A stretch of DNA of 63,869 nt, filler included, from Octopus bimaculoides (GCF_001194135.2; 5 parts of 5 records of this genome joined end to end with filler, not necessarily neighbours in it), one strand, 5' to 3'; shown: positions 1 to 12,070, counted from the first letter of the whole stretch. A program made the numbers and translations. The notes: generated by a model not told the origin, from the sequence alone.

Positions 1-72
1 TTGTCGGCCTGAGGCTATAGTAGAAGAAAAGCTACCACGCAGTGGGACTGAACCTGGAACCAAGCTACTTAC
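1..72 (-). mobile_element. SINE family A, 5' tRNA-like head fragment
   Basis: Reverse complement of GGTTCAGTCCCACTGCGTGG...CTACTATAGCCTCAGGCCGACAA, matching the head of the full copy at 3686-4098. Confidence 0.75.
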
Positions 73-119
73 ACACACATACAAACACACACACACACAC
101 ACACACACACGCACTCAGA

Positions 120-157
<38 letters not shown>

Positions 158-365
158 CATATATATATACATACATATACGCACACAATACACGTACGTA
201 AAATATGTGTGTATATATCATATATTTATATGTATATACGGATATAATTTTGTGTACTTATACATATTTGCAGGGCATTTATGCGTATTGTGAGTGTGTG
301 TGTATATATATATAAATTGATATACATTTATATATATGTATGTACATTTGTATATATTATCTATG

Positions 366-396
<31 letters not shown>

Positions 397-496
397 GTAT
401 ATTTGTTTACAAATGTTTATAATATTAGTTTTTACAAGTATGTACACTTATGTTTATATATATGTATATCTATATACGTGTAAATATGGCTATATA

Positions 497-549
<53 letters not shown>

Positions 550-1232
550 GTGTGTGTTCATACCAAGACTTATTTATTATGCTAATATNNNNNNNNNNNN
601 NNNNNNNNNNNNNNNNNNNNNNNNNNNNNNNNNNNNNNNNNNNNNNNNNNNNNNNNNNNNNNNNNNNNNNNNNNNNNNNNNNNNNNNNNNNNNNNNNNNN
701 NNNNNNNNNNNNNNNNNNNNNNNNNNNNNNNNNNNNNNNNNNNNNNNNNNNNNNNNNNNNNNNNNNNNNNNNNNNNNNNNNNNNNNNNNNNNNNNNNNNN
801 NNNNNNNNNNNNNNNNNNNNNNNNNNNNNNNNNNNNNNNNNNNNNNNNNNNNNNNNNNNNNNNNNNNNNNNNNNNNNNNNNNNNNNNNNNNNNNNNNNNN
901 NNNNNNNNNNNNNNNNNNNNNNNNNNNNNNNNNNNNNNNNNNNNNNNNNNNNNNNNNNNNNNNNNNNNNNNNNNNNNNNNNNNNNNNNNNNNNNNNNNNN
1001 NNNNNNNNNNNNNNNNNNNNNNNNNNNNNNNNNNNNNNNNNNNNNNNNNNNNNNNNNNNNNNNNNNNNNNNNNNNNNNNNNNNNNNNNNNNNNNNNNNNN
1101 NNNNNNNNNNNNNNNNNNNNNNNNNNNNNNNNNNNNNNNNNNNNNNNNNNNNNNNNATATATGTGTGTGTATGTGTTTATATATGCATGCATGTATATAC
1201 ATATATATGTGATTGCGTGTGTATGAATGTAT

Positions 1233-1275
<43 letters not shown>

Positions 1276-2036
1276 TGTGTGTGTATATATGTATGCACGT
1301 ATGTGTGTGAATTTGTGTGTATATAAATGTATGTGTATATATATATTTATGCATGTGCATATATGTGTGTGTGGGTATAGGTGTTTGTGTGGATATCTGT
1401 CTATATACACACTTTCATGTAAACATTCACCTATATTAAATATACATGTACGTGTACTATATATACACATATCCATATATACCTGCACGCATATTTCATA
1501 CATATATAAAATCCACACATACACACATATGTCTAAATGTATGTATATATTATATACAGCTGCTTGTACAGTTGCTTTCATAATAATCTATATGCTGTTA
1601 TATACTCGCGAAAAGTTTTCTTATTTGTTTTTTATTGTGGTTTGCGCTGTTGTTTTCCTCGCATCTATTCGATAATCAAGACAGTTTTATGAATTAAACA
1701 AACTTGATATATTGCCTCAACGGGCATTCAGTAATGTACTGTGATATATATATATATATATATNNNNNNNNNNNNNNNNNNNNNNNNNNNNNNNNNNNNN
1801 NNNNNNNNNNNNNNNNNNNNNNNNNNNNNNNNNNNNNNNNNNNNNNNNNNNNNNNNNNNNNNNNNNNNNNNNNNNNNNNNNNNNNNNNNNNNNNNNNNNN
1901 NNNNNNNNNNNNNNNNNNNNNNNNNNNNNNNNNNNNNNNNNNNNNNNNNNNNNNNNNNNNNNNNNNNNNNNNNNNNNNNNNNNNNNNNNNNNNNNNNNNN
2001 NNNNNNNNNNNNNNNNNNNNNNNNNNNNNNNNNNNN

Positions 2037-2096
<60 letters not shown>

Positions 2097-2224
2097 TGTA
2101 TATATACACACACATATATATATATCTATCTATAGATGTATATATTCATGTCTGTGTGTGTGTCTGTATTTGTCCCCACGCCATCGCTTGATAACCGATG
2201 TTGGTGTGTCTGCGTCCCTCCTCA

Positions 2225-2460
2225 GGAGGAGCCGAGAAACGAGTTCTCTATAAAAATGTCAAGCGCAGAAAACAGTGGCTAGGGAAAGGATAAACACCGC
2301 CAACCCAGGCTAAAGAAGGTCTTCTTTAGCCTGGGTGTTGTTATCTGTTTGGTGGGATATGAAAGGTTTAGTCCACTTTGATCTTTTAGACCGAAACCAA
2401 ACGATAACAGATCTACTGCAAGCGGCTTAAGTCAGCGCTAGAAGAAAAACGACCATCTTT
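2225..2460 (+). mobile_element. Decayed mariner transposase fragment (start of catalytic domain)
   Basis: With stops and frameshifts it reads AEKRVLYKNVKRRKQWLGKG*TPQP...VWWDMKGLVHFDLLDRNQTI...ALEEKRPSL. It is collinear with the better copy at 14440-14990. Confidence 0.85.
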
Positions 2461-2632
2461 GGATGTTCATATTTTTGCAGTGACACTTCATGCATGGTGA
2501 ATTCAAAATATCCAATTATTAGATTAGCAAGAATAGGGCTTGCTTTCGTTCCCATCGCAATTCCACTTCTTTTGACGATAGCAGGTGTCATCAAATAGGA
2601 AATAATTGTTCTGAAGTATAAATTTTAATGTC
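2461..2632 (-). mobile_element. Penelope-like element reverse-transcriptase fragment
   Basis: The minus strand reads LKFILQNNYFLFDDTCYRQK, then after a frameshift SGIAMGTKASPILANLIIGYFE. This is the NNYFxF..YxQ..GxAMG..SP..ANL signature of PLE RTs. Confidence 0.85.
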
Positions 2633-3059
2633 GGGCACTTCGAGTCCTTGGTAGGGCCATCCAAGGAGGACAGGTCTGACACCAGCGCTGCTTGGGACGC
2701 AACCCAGTTTACTGGACGGCAATGTTCCAGAATTCTAGGCGGAGTCTGTTCCGGAATCCTGTAGCTTCCTGGTGGCGTTGGATCGCGTCTTCGGGGCAGC
2801 CTACGGCGAGAAGGTGTTACACGGGGACGATCAGCCACCGGTCGCGTATGGTGGATTACGAATAGAGACGGGAAGTGTTTTCGCGGACTCTGATCATCCC
2901 TTGAAAACTCCTGTGAACTCATTAGGGACCAGTGACCTCAGCAGGAGCCAGCTTGACCCTTCCAGCTAAATGCCATTACCAGATAAGATCTAAAGAAGTA
3001 AACTTGACCCTGCACAGGATGAAAAAAGTGGGAGATGTATGAGCTAAGGAGGGAAATCT

Positions 3060-3851
3060 CTACAAAGTAGTTAGACCTGGCAGAAATAGCAGCCAAATCT
3101 CCCTCATATCACACCTTATTGGCTTTTGTATGTATCTGTACTCATATGTATGTCTACAAGAGAGAGCTTTACATGGTAACTAGACATGCTAGAAATAGTA
3201 GCTAAATCTCTTTGAAATCAGGCGTTATAATCTTTGGGAAAGGATGCACTAGTTAATATGAGCTAATGATAGAAACCTCTGCATGGTAGCTAGACCTGGC
3301 AGAAATAGCAGCCAAATCTCCTTCATATCACACCCTGATGTCTTTTGTATGTATATATGTACCCGTAAGTGTATGCCTGCAAGTTCTACACGGTAGCTAG
3401 GCATGCAAGAAATAGTAGCTAAATGTACCTCTTGAGGTTTTTATTTACGCACTGACCACCTAGTAAAATTATTATTGATTATACCCTATATTAAAATTAA
3501 TATTTTAATATACACATAAGGATATGCATATTAAAACGGGACCGTGGGAAAACTCATTTAGATAAAAGCGGTCTTTGTTAGTGAAAAGGTTAGGGATCAC
3601 TGCCCTACATGTAGCTAGACTTGACAGAAATAGCAGCCAAACATCCTTCATATCGGACCCTAATGTCTTTTGAATGTAAATATATGGGAGTGGCTGTGTG
3701 GTAAGTAGCTTGCTTACCAACCACATGATTCTGGGTTTAGTCGCACTGCGTGGCACCTTGGGCAAGTGCCTTCTACTATAGCCTCGGGTCAATTACAGCC
3801 TTGTGAGTGGATTTGGTAGACGTAAACTGAAAGAAACCCGGCGTATATTTG

Positions 3852-3902
<51 letters not shown>

Positions 3903-4260
3903 TTGTCCGCCCCACCATCGCTTGACAACCGATGCTGGTGTGTTTACGTCCCCGTAACTTAGCGGTTGGGCACAAGAGCCCGATAGAATAAGTACTACGT
4001 TTACAAAGAACAAGTACTGGGGGCGATTTGCTGGACTAAAGTTGGTGCTCCAGCATGGCCGCAGTCATATGAGTGAAACAAGTAAAAGAATACAAGAATA
4101 TACCCGTATATGTTTGTCTGCGGTACTACATGGTAGCTTGACATGGTAGAAATAGTAGTTAAATCTCTTTAAAATCATGCCCTATTATTATTGAGGAAGA
4201 ACGCATCAGTAGATATGACCGTGCACAGGATGAAAAAAACGTGGATGATTCATAGCCAGA
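3060..4260 (+). repeat. Tandem array of a ~110-bp repeat (core TAGACCTGGCAGAAATAGCAGCCAAATCTC), interrupted by a SINE
   Basis: Core motif recurs at about 3068, 3176, 3286, 3392, 3611 and 4133. Confidence 0.8.
3686..4098 (+). mobile_element. SINE family A, full-length
   Basis: tRNA-like A/B-box head (GGCTGTGTGGTAAG...GGTTTAGTCGCACTGCG), internal (TA)n/(TG)n, 3' core GATAGAATAAGTAC...GCTCCAGCATGGCCGCAGTC, tail GAAACAAGTAAAAGA. More than 10 partial copies occur in the window. Confidence 0.9.
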
Positions 4261-4319
4261 ATACCTTCCTCTCTAGGTTGGCTCGATGAGAGACGGCCTG
4301 GGGCTAAACAAGCGTATCA

Positions 4320-4523
4320 ACAACAACTATCACCGAGACATCATCGGTACCATCAACACCATTACACCCACCGACTTAACAACCAGCACGACTACTATCA
4401 CCACCGGACACTACAACCACCACCACCACCACCACCGCTGTCACCACTACCACCATCACCACCACCAGCAGTACCGCAGCTACCACCACTGCTACCACCT
4501 CTACTAGCACCAACTCCACCACC
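4320..4523. repeat. Degenerate (CAC/ACC)n low-complexity tract
   Basis: Directly visible; runs into an N gap. Confidence 0.9.
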
Positions 4524-5665
4524 NNNNNNNNNNNNNNNNNNNNNNNNNNNNNNNNNNNNNNNNNNNNNNNNNNNNNNNNNNNNNNNNNNNNNNNNNNNNN
4601 NNNNNNNNNNNNNNNNNNNNNNNNNNNNNNNNNNNNNNNNNNNNNNNNNNNNNNNNNNNNNNNNNNNNNNNNNNNNNNNNNNNNNNNNNNNNNNNNNNNN
4701 NNNNNNNNNNNNNNNNNNNNNNNNNNNNNNNNNNNNNNNNNNNNNNNNNNNNNNNNNNNNNNNNNNNNNNNNNNNNNNNNNNNNNNNNNNNNNNNNNNNN
4801 NNNNNNNNNNNNNNNNNNNNNNNNNNNNNNNNNNNNNNNNNNNNNNNNNNNNNNNNNNNNNNNNNNNNNNNNNNNNNNNNNNNNNNNNNNNNNNNNNNNN
4901 NNNNNNNNNNNNNNNNNNNNNNNNNNNNNNNNNNNNNNNNNNNNNNNNNNNNNNNNNNNNNNNNNNNNNNNNNNNNNNNNNNNNNNNNNNNNNNNNNNNN
5001 NNNNNNNNNNNNNNNNNNNNNNNNNNNNNNNNNNNNNNNNNNNNNNNNNNNNNNNNNNNNNNNNNNNNNNNNNNNNNNNNNNNNNNNNNNNNNNNNNNNN
5101 NNNNNNNNNNNNNNNNNNNNNNNNNNNNNNNNNNNNNNNNNNNNNNNNNNNNNNNNNNNNNNNNNNNNNNNNNNNNNNNNNNNNNNNNNNNNNNNNNNNN
5201 NNNNNNNNNNNNNNNNNNNNNNNNNNNNNNNNNNNNNNNNNNNNNNNNNNNNNNNNNNNNNNNNNNNNNNNNNNNNNNNNNNNNNNNNNNNNNNNNNNNN
5301 NNNNNNNNNNNNNNNNNNNNNNNNNNNNNNNNNNNNNNNNNNNNNNNNNNNNNNNNNNNNNNNNNNNNNNNNNNNNNNNNNNNNNNNNNNNNNNNNNNNN
5401 NNNNNNNNNNNNNNNNNNNNNNNNNNNNNNNNNNNNNNNNNNNNNNNNNNNNNNNNNNNNNNNNNNNNNNNNNNNNNNNNNNNNNNNNNNNNNNNNNNNN
5501 NNNNNNNNNNNNNNNNNGCCGCTCATTTGTGCCTAAAGAATCCGTGCTCCCAGAAGCGAAACTCTGAGTAGCAAGACACTAAATCGGTCAAAATAAAGTA
5601 TATTATTCATCTTTAGTATGGTACTGACTAAACATTTGTCTGACAATTAAAACTAAACGTGTCAA

Positions 5666-5696
<31 letters not shown>

Positions 5697-5794
5697 TTGT
5701 GTATTTGTGTGCGTATGTGCGTGTGTATGTGTTCATTTGTGTGTGTTTGTATTTGTGTGTGTGTGTGTATATATATATACATATATATATATAT

Positions 5795-5960
5795 ATACAT
5801 ATGTGTGCTTCCACCCAGTTTCCCTTAACCAAATTCAGTCAGAAGGCATTGGTTAGATTGCAGCTATCGTAGAAAACACTTGACCAATTTGCCGCCGAGT
5901 TGGATTGAACCCGAAATCGTGATGTATGAAAACGAGCTTCTTCACAACACAGCCTTGCCT
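5795..5960 (-). mobile_element. Diverged SINE A-related 5' fragment
   Basis: Reverse complement of GGCTGTGTTGTGAAGAAGCTCGTT...GGTTCAATCC...CAAGTGTTTTCTACGATAGCTGC, similar to the family A head. Confidence 0.6.
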
Positions 5961-6335
5961 GTACCTGTAACTTTATCTTTTTGTGTTTCGTTTTAATCTT
6001 TCACTTGTTTCAGCCATGAGACTGCCGATTAAGTTAACGTATCAGTAACGAACCTATAATGTCGAACGGAAACAACTGTAAGCGAAATTTACTGCTATTT
6101 AGGAAAATATGTAGGGACCATTATTAATGCCTTGTCTTGTATGTCGTAAACTCTGTGTAAAAACCAGTTAGACCGAAGCACAACCACCGATTTACAATAT
6201 AGAATGGTGATAAACTATATCCTCGAACCATGTTCCAAGAATACGCGGAGATTCTTTACTAATCTAAAGAATATTGGTAGCTTCGTGTACTGACAAAGCT
6301 TATAAAGTATTTTGCCGTATTGATAATCCCCAAGT

Positions 6336-6706
6336 GTGGAGGTGCAATGGCCCAGTGGTTAGGGCAGCGGACTCGCAGTCATAGGATCGCGGTTTCGATT
6401 CCCAGACCGGGCGTTGTGAGTGTTTATTGAGCGAAAACACCTAAAGCTCCACGAGGCTCCGGTAGGAGATGATGGCGAACCCTGCTGTACTCTTTCACCA
6501 CAACTTTCTCTCACTCTTACTTCCTGTTTCTGTTGTGCCTGTAATTCAAAGGGTCAGCCTTGTCACGCTGAATATCTCCGAGAGCTATGTTAAGAGTACA
6601 CGTGTCTGTGGAGTTCTCAGCCACTTGAACGTCAATTTCACGAGCAGGCTGTTCCGTTGATCGGATCAACTGGAACCCTCGACGTCGTAAGCGACGGAGT
6701 GCCACC
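6336..6706 (+). mobile_element. SINE family C, full-length with target-site duplication
   Basis: tRNA-like head GCAATGGCCCAGTGGTTAGGGCAGCGGACTCGC...GGTTTCGATTCCC; 3' end CGTCGTAAGCGACGGAGTGCCA. Flanked by TAATCCCCAAGT (6324-6335) and TAATCACCAAGT (6707-6718). Closely matches the copy at 34994-35378. Confidence 0.92.
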
Positions 6707-6728
6707 TAATCACCAAGTAATAACTCTG

Positions 6729-6771
<43 letters not shown>

Positions 6772-6772
<1 letters not shown>

Positions 6773-7030
6773 GTTGTTTCGCATGAAAAGTCGTATTTGA
6801 AAGGTAACAATAAAATGTTTCAGAAGAGTTAGAGAACTGATTTATTTAATCAAGGTATGATCCATGTTCATTTATGATGTTTACCCAACGTTTCTCTGTC
6901 ATATATTCCATCTTTAAAAAAAAAAAATTTCTTCCTTAGCTGTGATAAACTGTCGTGGAACAGATCGCAATTGCCACCAAGTGATTCTTCTACCTTCTCT
7001 GGAAGTTGAGATAACTTCTATATGGCATAT
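6772..7030 (-). mobile_element. Mariner 3' end (transposase C-terminus, 3' UTR and TIR)
   Basis: The minus strand reads RQFITAKEEIFF/KDGI..EKRWVNIINEHGSYLD* (mariner GI..L..RW...G.Y motif). It ends in a TIR-like sequence next to TA at 6770-6771. Confidence 0.75.
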
Positions 7031-8116
7031 TATTTTGATAGAATGTATTATTTAATACACCCGTATTCGTCTTTGATGGTCAAATACATTTCAACGTATT
7101 TCATTGGACTGCGCAACTTTCTTTACCACCTATATATTATATGTGTGTGTGTGTGTGTGTGAGTTACCGTCTATTCATGTTCCACCCCCTCAGTCATTCA
7201 ACCATACACTGAAACACACACACACACATACACTCACTCACACTATATATATAATATATGTATATATATATATGTATATTTATGAACATCTATATATACA
7301 TGTATATATATAGAATTACTTTTGAATATTATATATATATATGCATATCAACATTTATATATACATGTGTGTGTATATATATATATGTATATATATAAAT
7401 ATATGCATACGCACACGCATATATGTATATACATACAAGATATATAGACACACACACACACATACATACATAAATAAGATACACGTACACACGCGCGCGC
7501 ACGCACCCCAAACACACACAACCGCACACACTTAGCCGTATTCGCTAAGACGGTTAACTCAAGTCCGCTGACGCGTTAGACTTAAGAGGTAAATGGATAA
7601 ATTAAAAAGGCGGGGGGTTTGGGGGGTGATGTGCTCGGTTGGAGTGTCTTCCATTCTCTTTTGTGTTTGTTGTTTAACCCAATTGGCTTCTGACCAAAGT
7701 TGTTGCTAATGTGGTTGTTGTTGTAATTGTTGTTGTTGTTGTTCGTAATCTCTTACAAAGCCGGTTAGTGCACAGACGGAGGCTTCGAGAGTAACAACAA
7801 TAACGGACGATTATAAAGAAGCGCCTCTAAGCTTGGCCACTGGACTAGCTAGAAATAACAGTTAAATCTATATCGTAGCTGAGCGTGCTATTTATGTACG
7901 AGTGTGTGTGTATGCATTTCTGAATGAATCTATGCGGGAGAGGTCTAAATTGATGCCAAGCCTTGAGGAAAACTGCTAAATCTCCCTCAAATCATACTCT
8001 GCTGACTTATGTGTTTATATATGCATGTATGAACCATTGTGAGAGACATATGTAAGACAGACCTGATAGAAATAGCAACCAAAACTCCCTCAAATCACAC
8101 CCTACTGTCTTATGTA

Positions 8117-8362
8117 GTGAGTTGGTGCATAATTATTGCAGCTTTTCTTCAACAAATTTTATTCAACAGAAACAATACCAACATGTAACAAAAACATCTT
8201 TCAATGATTATTCCGGAGCATATTCACCATCTACTTCAAATTCCTGCTTCCCATTTGCTTGGCAGACGGTCAGACCTTCATTTAAAGATGTTTTTGTTAA
8301 ATATTGTTTTTGTTGAATAAAATTTGTTGAAAAAAAAAAAGCCGCAATAATTATGCACCAAC

Positions 8363-8365
<3 letters not shown>
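8117..8365. mobile_element. Mariner-derived fold-back MITE, copy 1
   Basis: Ends GTTGGTGCATAATTATTGC...GCAATAATTATGCACCAAC with ~90-100 bp inverted arms. Same element as 33864-34108. Confidence 0.9.

Positions 8366-8436
<71 letters not shown>
8366..8436. repeat. (TG)n microsatellite
   Basis: Perfect dinucleotide run. Confidence 0.98.
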
Positions 8437-8438
<2 letters not shown>

Positions 8439-8794
8439 ATTATTCCGTTTTATTTCAAGATTTCTTGCCAATAGAGAAAGAGTTTGTTTCTAACCTAGAT
8501 CCAAGGCTCCTTCATTGGAATTTCAACATCAACAGGGTATGTATGTATGAGCCAATGAAGACCACTACATGACTGATAGACTTGGTAGAAATTGAGCCCA
8601 AATCTCCCTCAAATCACACCCTACTGTTTTATGTATGTATGTTTGCATTTCTGAATGAGTCTATGTGGGAGAAATGTCCACTGTTGTTAGGCCTTGTGGA
8701 AATAGCAGCTAAATCGCCCTCAGATCACTCCCTACTGTCTTATATTTTGGATATGTATGAGCCAACGAGTGTGACCTATTTTCCATTACATTTC

Positions 8795-8985
8795 AGACAG
8801 ATTCAGAGCTGAGTTGTAGCAAATATTCTGCTCAATACCACAGATTTGCTTGTCAGTTGCCTGACCTTAGCCACTTCAGCTGGCTCCTTGGTGACTGATT
8901 TTAGGTGCATCTCTGATCATGAGCAGGAGCATCATAGCCATGTATTGAGGGAGGTCCTTTAGGGTTTGAATAAATGCCACGAAAG
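8795..8985 (+). mobile_element. Unclassified interspersed repeat, upstream part of the family also at 45020-45330
   Basis: Its end GAGGTCCTTTAGGGTTTGAATAA resembles the start of 45020 (AGGAATTCTTTGGGGTTTGGGTAA). I also recall the sequence as a common octopus repeat, but this is unverified. Confidence 0.55.
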
Positions 8986-9769
8986 CTAAGTTCGAAGGAA
9001 ATATTAGCCATTTGTCATACTTTCTAAGAGTAAGCAAATAAGAAATAACAGTTGCTAGCCAAGGATTTATACAATGTTATGAAAGAGCGTAGATTAATAT
9101 TTAGCTATTAATATTTAGCTACGTTCGTGGTTGCAATTTCCAGACTGGGCGCTGCGTTCTAATCCTGAACAAGGTACTTGGTTTCACCTTACTTCTTATC
9201 ACAGAACTGAAAATGAATCACGGTCACCGCAGAGAGGCCCAACATCATACCAGTACAAAATGACATTGACTCATTAATGAGAGTCCTGTATATGAAATTG
9301 AGGCTTGGGTGACACCACATTAGATAAGGGTGTATATATTTATGCCTGAATATTTGTCCATGAACCTTAACATACATACAACCTTCAAATCCTGTACAAA
9401 GTAGCCCACAAAAAAAAACCCCACTTGATTTCAAGAAGCTTCTATTAATAAAGTTCATAGTGTCTGCATACCACTGTTTTTCTGCTCTTCAATGAAAGGG
9501 CTGTCTACATGATAACTAAATGGAACGTTTCTTAAAGAGGGATCTCTGATTTGTTGTTTATACACAGTTTATTAATTCTTTATCCGGTTTGGCCGATATA
9601 ATTCTCATTTTGTCCATTGTGAACATGAGGTGCATTAAATGATATCATATATTTTGCAATTTACATTTACTAACCTTCAAAAATTTAAGGTGAGATAATT
9701 AACTTTTCCCCTCTTTAGATATTTGCTACATGCGTTACATATATTACATCATAACTTGATATTGTGTAT

Positions 9770-10104
9770 ATAAATGCATGTGATATATATGTATATACAT
9801 TTATACATGTTTATATATGCATATATATATAAATACATGTGATATAAATGTGTATGTATTTATATACGTTTATATGTATATATGTGTGTGTATGTATGTA
9901 TGTATATATATATATATATATGTATGTATATATATATATGTGTGTGTGTGTATATATATGTGTATATATATATATGTATATATATGTGTATATGTGTGTG
10001 TATATATATGTGTATATATATATATATATGTGTGTATATATGTGTGTATATATATATGTGTATATATGTGTATATATATATATATGTATATATATGTGTA
10101 TATA

Positions 10105-10136
<32 letters not shown>

Positions 10137-10137
10137 A
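9770..10137. repeat. Compound (TA)n/(TG)n microsatellite mosaic
   Basis: Directly visible; source of several spurious YI/CV ORFs. Confidence 0.95.
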
Positions 10138-10399
10138 GGATGAGGAGGGTATTGGATTTAACCAAACCCAAGAGTAAGTGCTGTATACCGACTAGTTTTG
10201 CCCCAGTCGTTGTATGAACAGGATTGGGGATTATAAGTCGTGTATTAGCGTGTGCAAATGTAAATATATAAAAAGATAGAGAGCAATAGTAAGGTTGGAA
10301 ATATATTTTATTTTATGGATTGTCTATCCATAAAATATATTTCCAACCTTACCATTGTTCTCTTTATCTTTTTATATATTTAACACACGCACGCACACG

Positions 10400-10436
<37 letters not shown>

Positions 10437-10447
10437 GNNNNNNNNNN

Positions 10448-10490
<43 letters not shown>

Positions 10491-11514
10491 ATATGTTTGT
10501 GTGGAAGACCGATAGATGTATACATATTCCTTCTAATATACATGAAAATATATCCACGCGTTTTTAAATTTTTATTATACCTGTGTGTGTGTTTGTGTGT
10601 GTGTTTGTTTGTGTGTTTGTTTGTGTCAGGGATTGCGTGTTGCATGCCTAATTCTATATTTAGCGACAACATGTGACCATGTCGACATGCAGATTAAGAT
10701 ATGACAAGATATCGAAAGTGAAAGTAGAAGAAGAAATGGCGGATATGTGACAGCATGGCACGACCAGAAAGGGCAAGAACAGACTAAACCTTCGCAGAAG
10801 GACGTTTAATTGTCTATTTTTCCATCTGTTTGGCTGTCTCTGCATCTGTATATCTCTACCTGGAGATAGTCAGAGTCAGAGACAGATTGACAGACAAGCA
10901 GACACACACACACACACACNNNNNNNNNNNNNNNNNNNNNNNNNNNNNNNNNNNNNNNNNNNNNNNNNNNNNNNNNNNNNNNNNNNNNNNNNNNNNNNNN
11001 NNNNNNNNNNNNNNNNNNNNNNNNNNNNNNNNNNNNNNNNNNNNNNNNNNNNNNNNNNNNNNNNNNNNNNNNNNNNNNNNNNNNNNNNNNNNNNNNNNNN
11101 NNNNNNNNNNNNNNNNNNNNNNNNNNNNNNNNNNNNNNNNNNNNNNNNNNNNNNNNNNNNNNNNNNNNNNNNNNNNNNNNNNNNNNNNNNNNNNNNNNNN
11201 NNNNNNNNNNNNNNNNNNNNNNNNNNNNNNNNNNNNNNNNNNNNNNNNNNNNNNNNNNNNNNNNNNNNNNNNNNNNNNNNNNNNNNNNNNNNNNNNNNNN
11301 NNNNNNNNNNNNNNNNNNNNNNNNNNNNNNNNACGCACGCACTCACGCACTCACGCACTCACTCACTCACTCACTCACTCACTCACTCACTCTCTCTCTC
11401 TCATTTTCTCAGTCTCTTTCTCTCTCTCTCTCTCTCTTTTCCCATCTTCATCTTGGGATTGATTTGATCAACAAAGACACTGACAGCTTGTATGCTTCAA
11501 TGCAAGATGAGAAA

Positions 11515-11748
11515 TAATAATAAGAATAATAACTATTCTCTGCTGGAGGTACAAGGCCTGAAATATTGGGGTAAGTGATTAAGTCGATCACATCGATCCC
11601 AGTACCTAACTGGTACTAATTTTATTGACCACGAAAGGATGACAGGCAAAGTTGACCTCGGCGGAATTCGAACTCAGAACCTAACGGTAAACGAAATACC
11701 TCTAAGCATTTCACCCAGCGTGCTAGCGATTATGCTAGTTCACCGCTT
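11515..11748 (-). mobile_element. SINE family B, copy 1 of a tandem triplet
   Basis: Reverse complement of head AAGCGGTGAACTAGCATAATCGCTAGCACGC, B-box GTTCTGAGTTCGAATTCCGCCGAGG, core AGTACCAGTT and (ATT)n tail. Confidence 0.88.
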
Positions 11749-11749
11749 G

Positions 11750-11930
11750 AATAATAATAATAATCCTTTCTACTAAAGGCACAAGGCGTAACTGGTACTT
11801 AATTTATTGACCCCGATAGTCTGAAATGCGAAGTCGACCCCGTCGGGATATGAACTCGGAACGTAAAGACGGACGAAAAGTCAGTGTTCATTTTGTCCGG
11901 CGAGCTAACGATTCTGCCAGCTCGCCGCTT
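11750..11930 (-). mobile_element. SINE family B, copy 2 (internally deleted)
   Basis: Head GCGGCGAGCTGGCAGAATCGTTAG; tail CCTTGTGCCTTTAGTAGAAAGGATTATT. Confidence 0.88.
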
Positions 11931-11944
11931 TAATAATAATAATA

Positions 11945-12070
11945 TAATGGGCCAAGGAGGGGTCAAGTCCATTACATTTACTCCAGTGCTTAGCTGGTAC
12001 TTATTTCATCGCCCCTTAAAGGTTGAAAAGCAAAGTCGATCTCGGTGGAATTTGAACTCAAAACGTAAAC
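11945..12070 (-). mobile_element. SINE family B, copy 3 (5'-truncated)
   Basis: GAGTTCAAATTCCACCGAGATCGACTTTGC...AAGTACCAGCT on the minus strand. Confidence 0.8.

Larger units (their letters stand above)
7830..8770 (+). repeat. Second tandem array of the AGAAATAGCAGCCAAATCTCCCTCAAATCACACCCTACTGTC repeat, interrupted by a MITE
   Basis: Units at about 7845, 7970, 8060, 8580 and 8695. Confidence 0.75.

Noticed and set aside
42-2253. Many long ORFs rich in YI, HT, CV or X, here and throughout the window
   Set aside because: They are translations of (TA)n, (CA)n and (TATG)n microsatellites or N-runs, with no coding signal.
4286-4507. His/Thr-rich ORF, and similar ORFs at 15472-15861 and 44126-45079
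   Set aside because: Products of trinucleotide low-complexity DNA.
6336-6420. tRNA-like heads of SINE families A, B and C as real tRNA genes
   Set aside because: They continue into conserved SINE bodies with tails and TSDs, and they lack complete cloverleaf pairing. I did not assign published octopus SINE names because that needs an alignment I cannot run.
11515-12070. Repeat-spacer-like periodicity that might suggest a CRISPR array
   Set aside because: The units are ~200-bp SINEs with Pol III boxes in a eukaryotic context. There are no short identical repeats with unique spacers and no cas genes.
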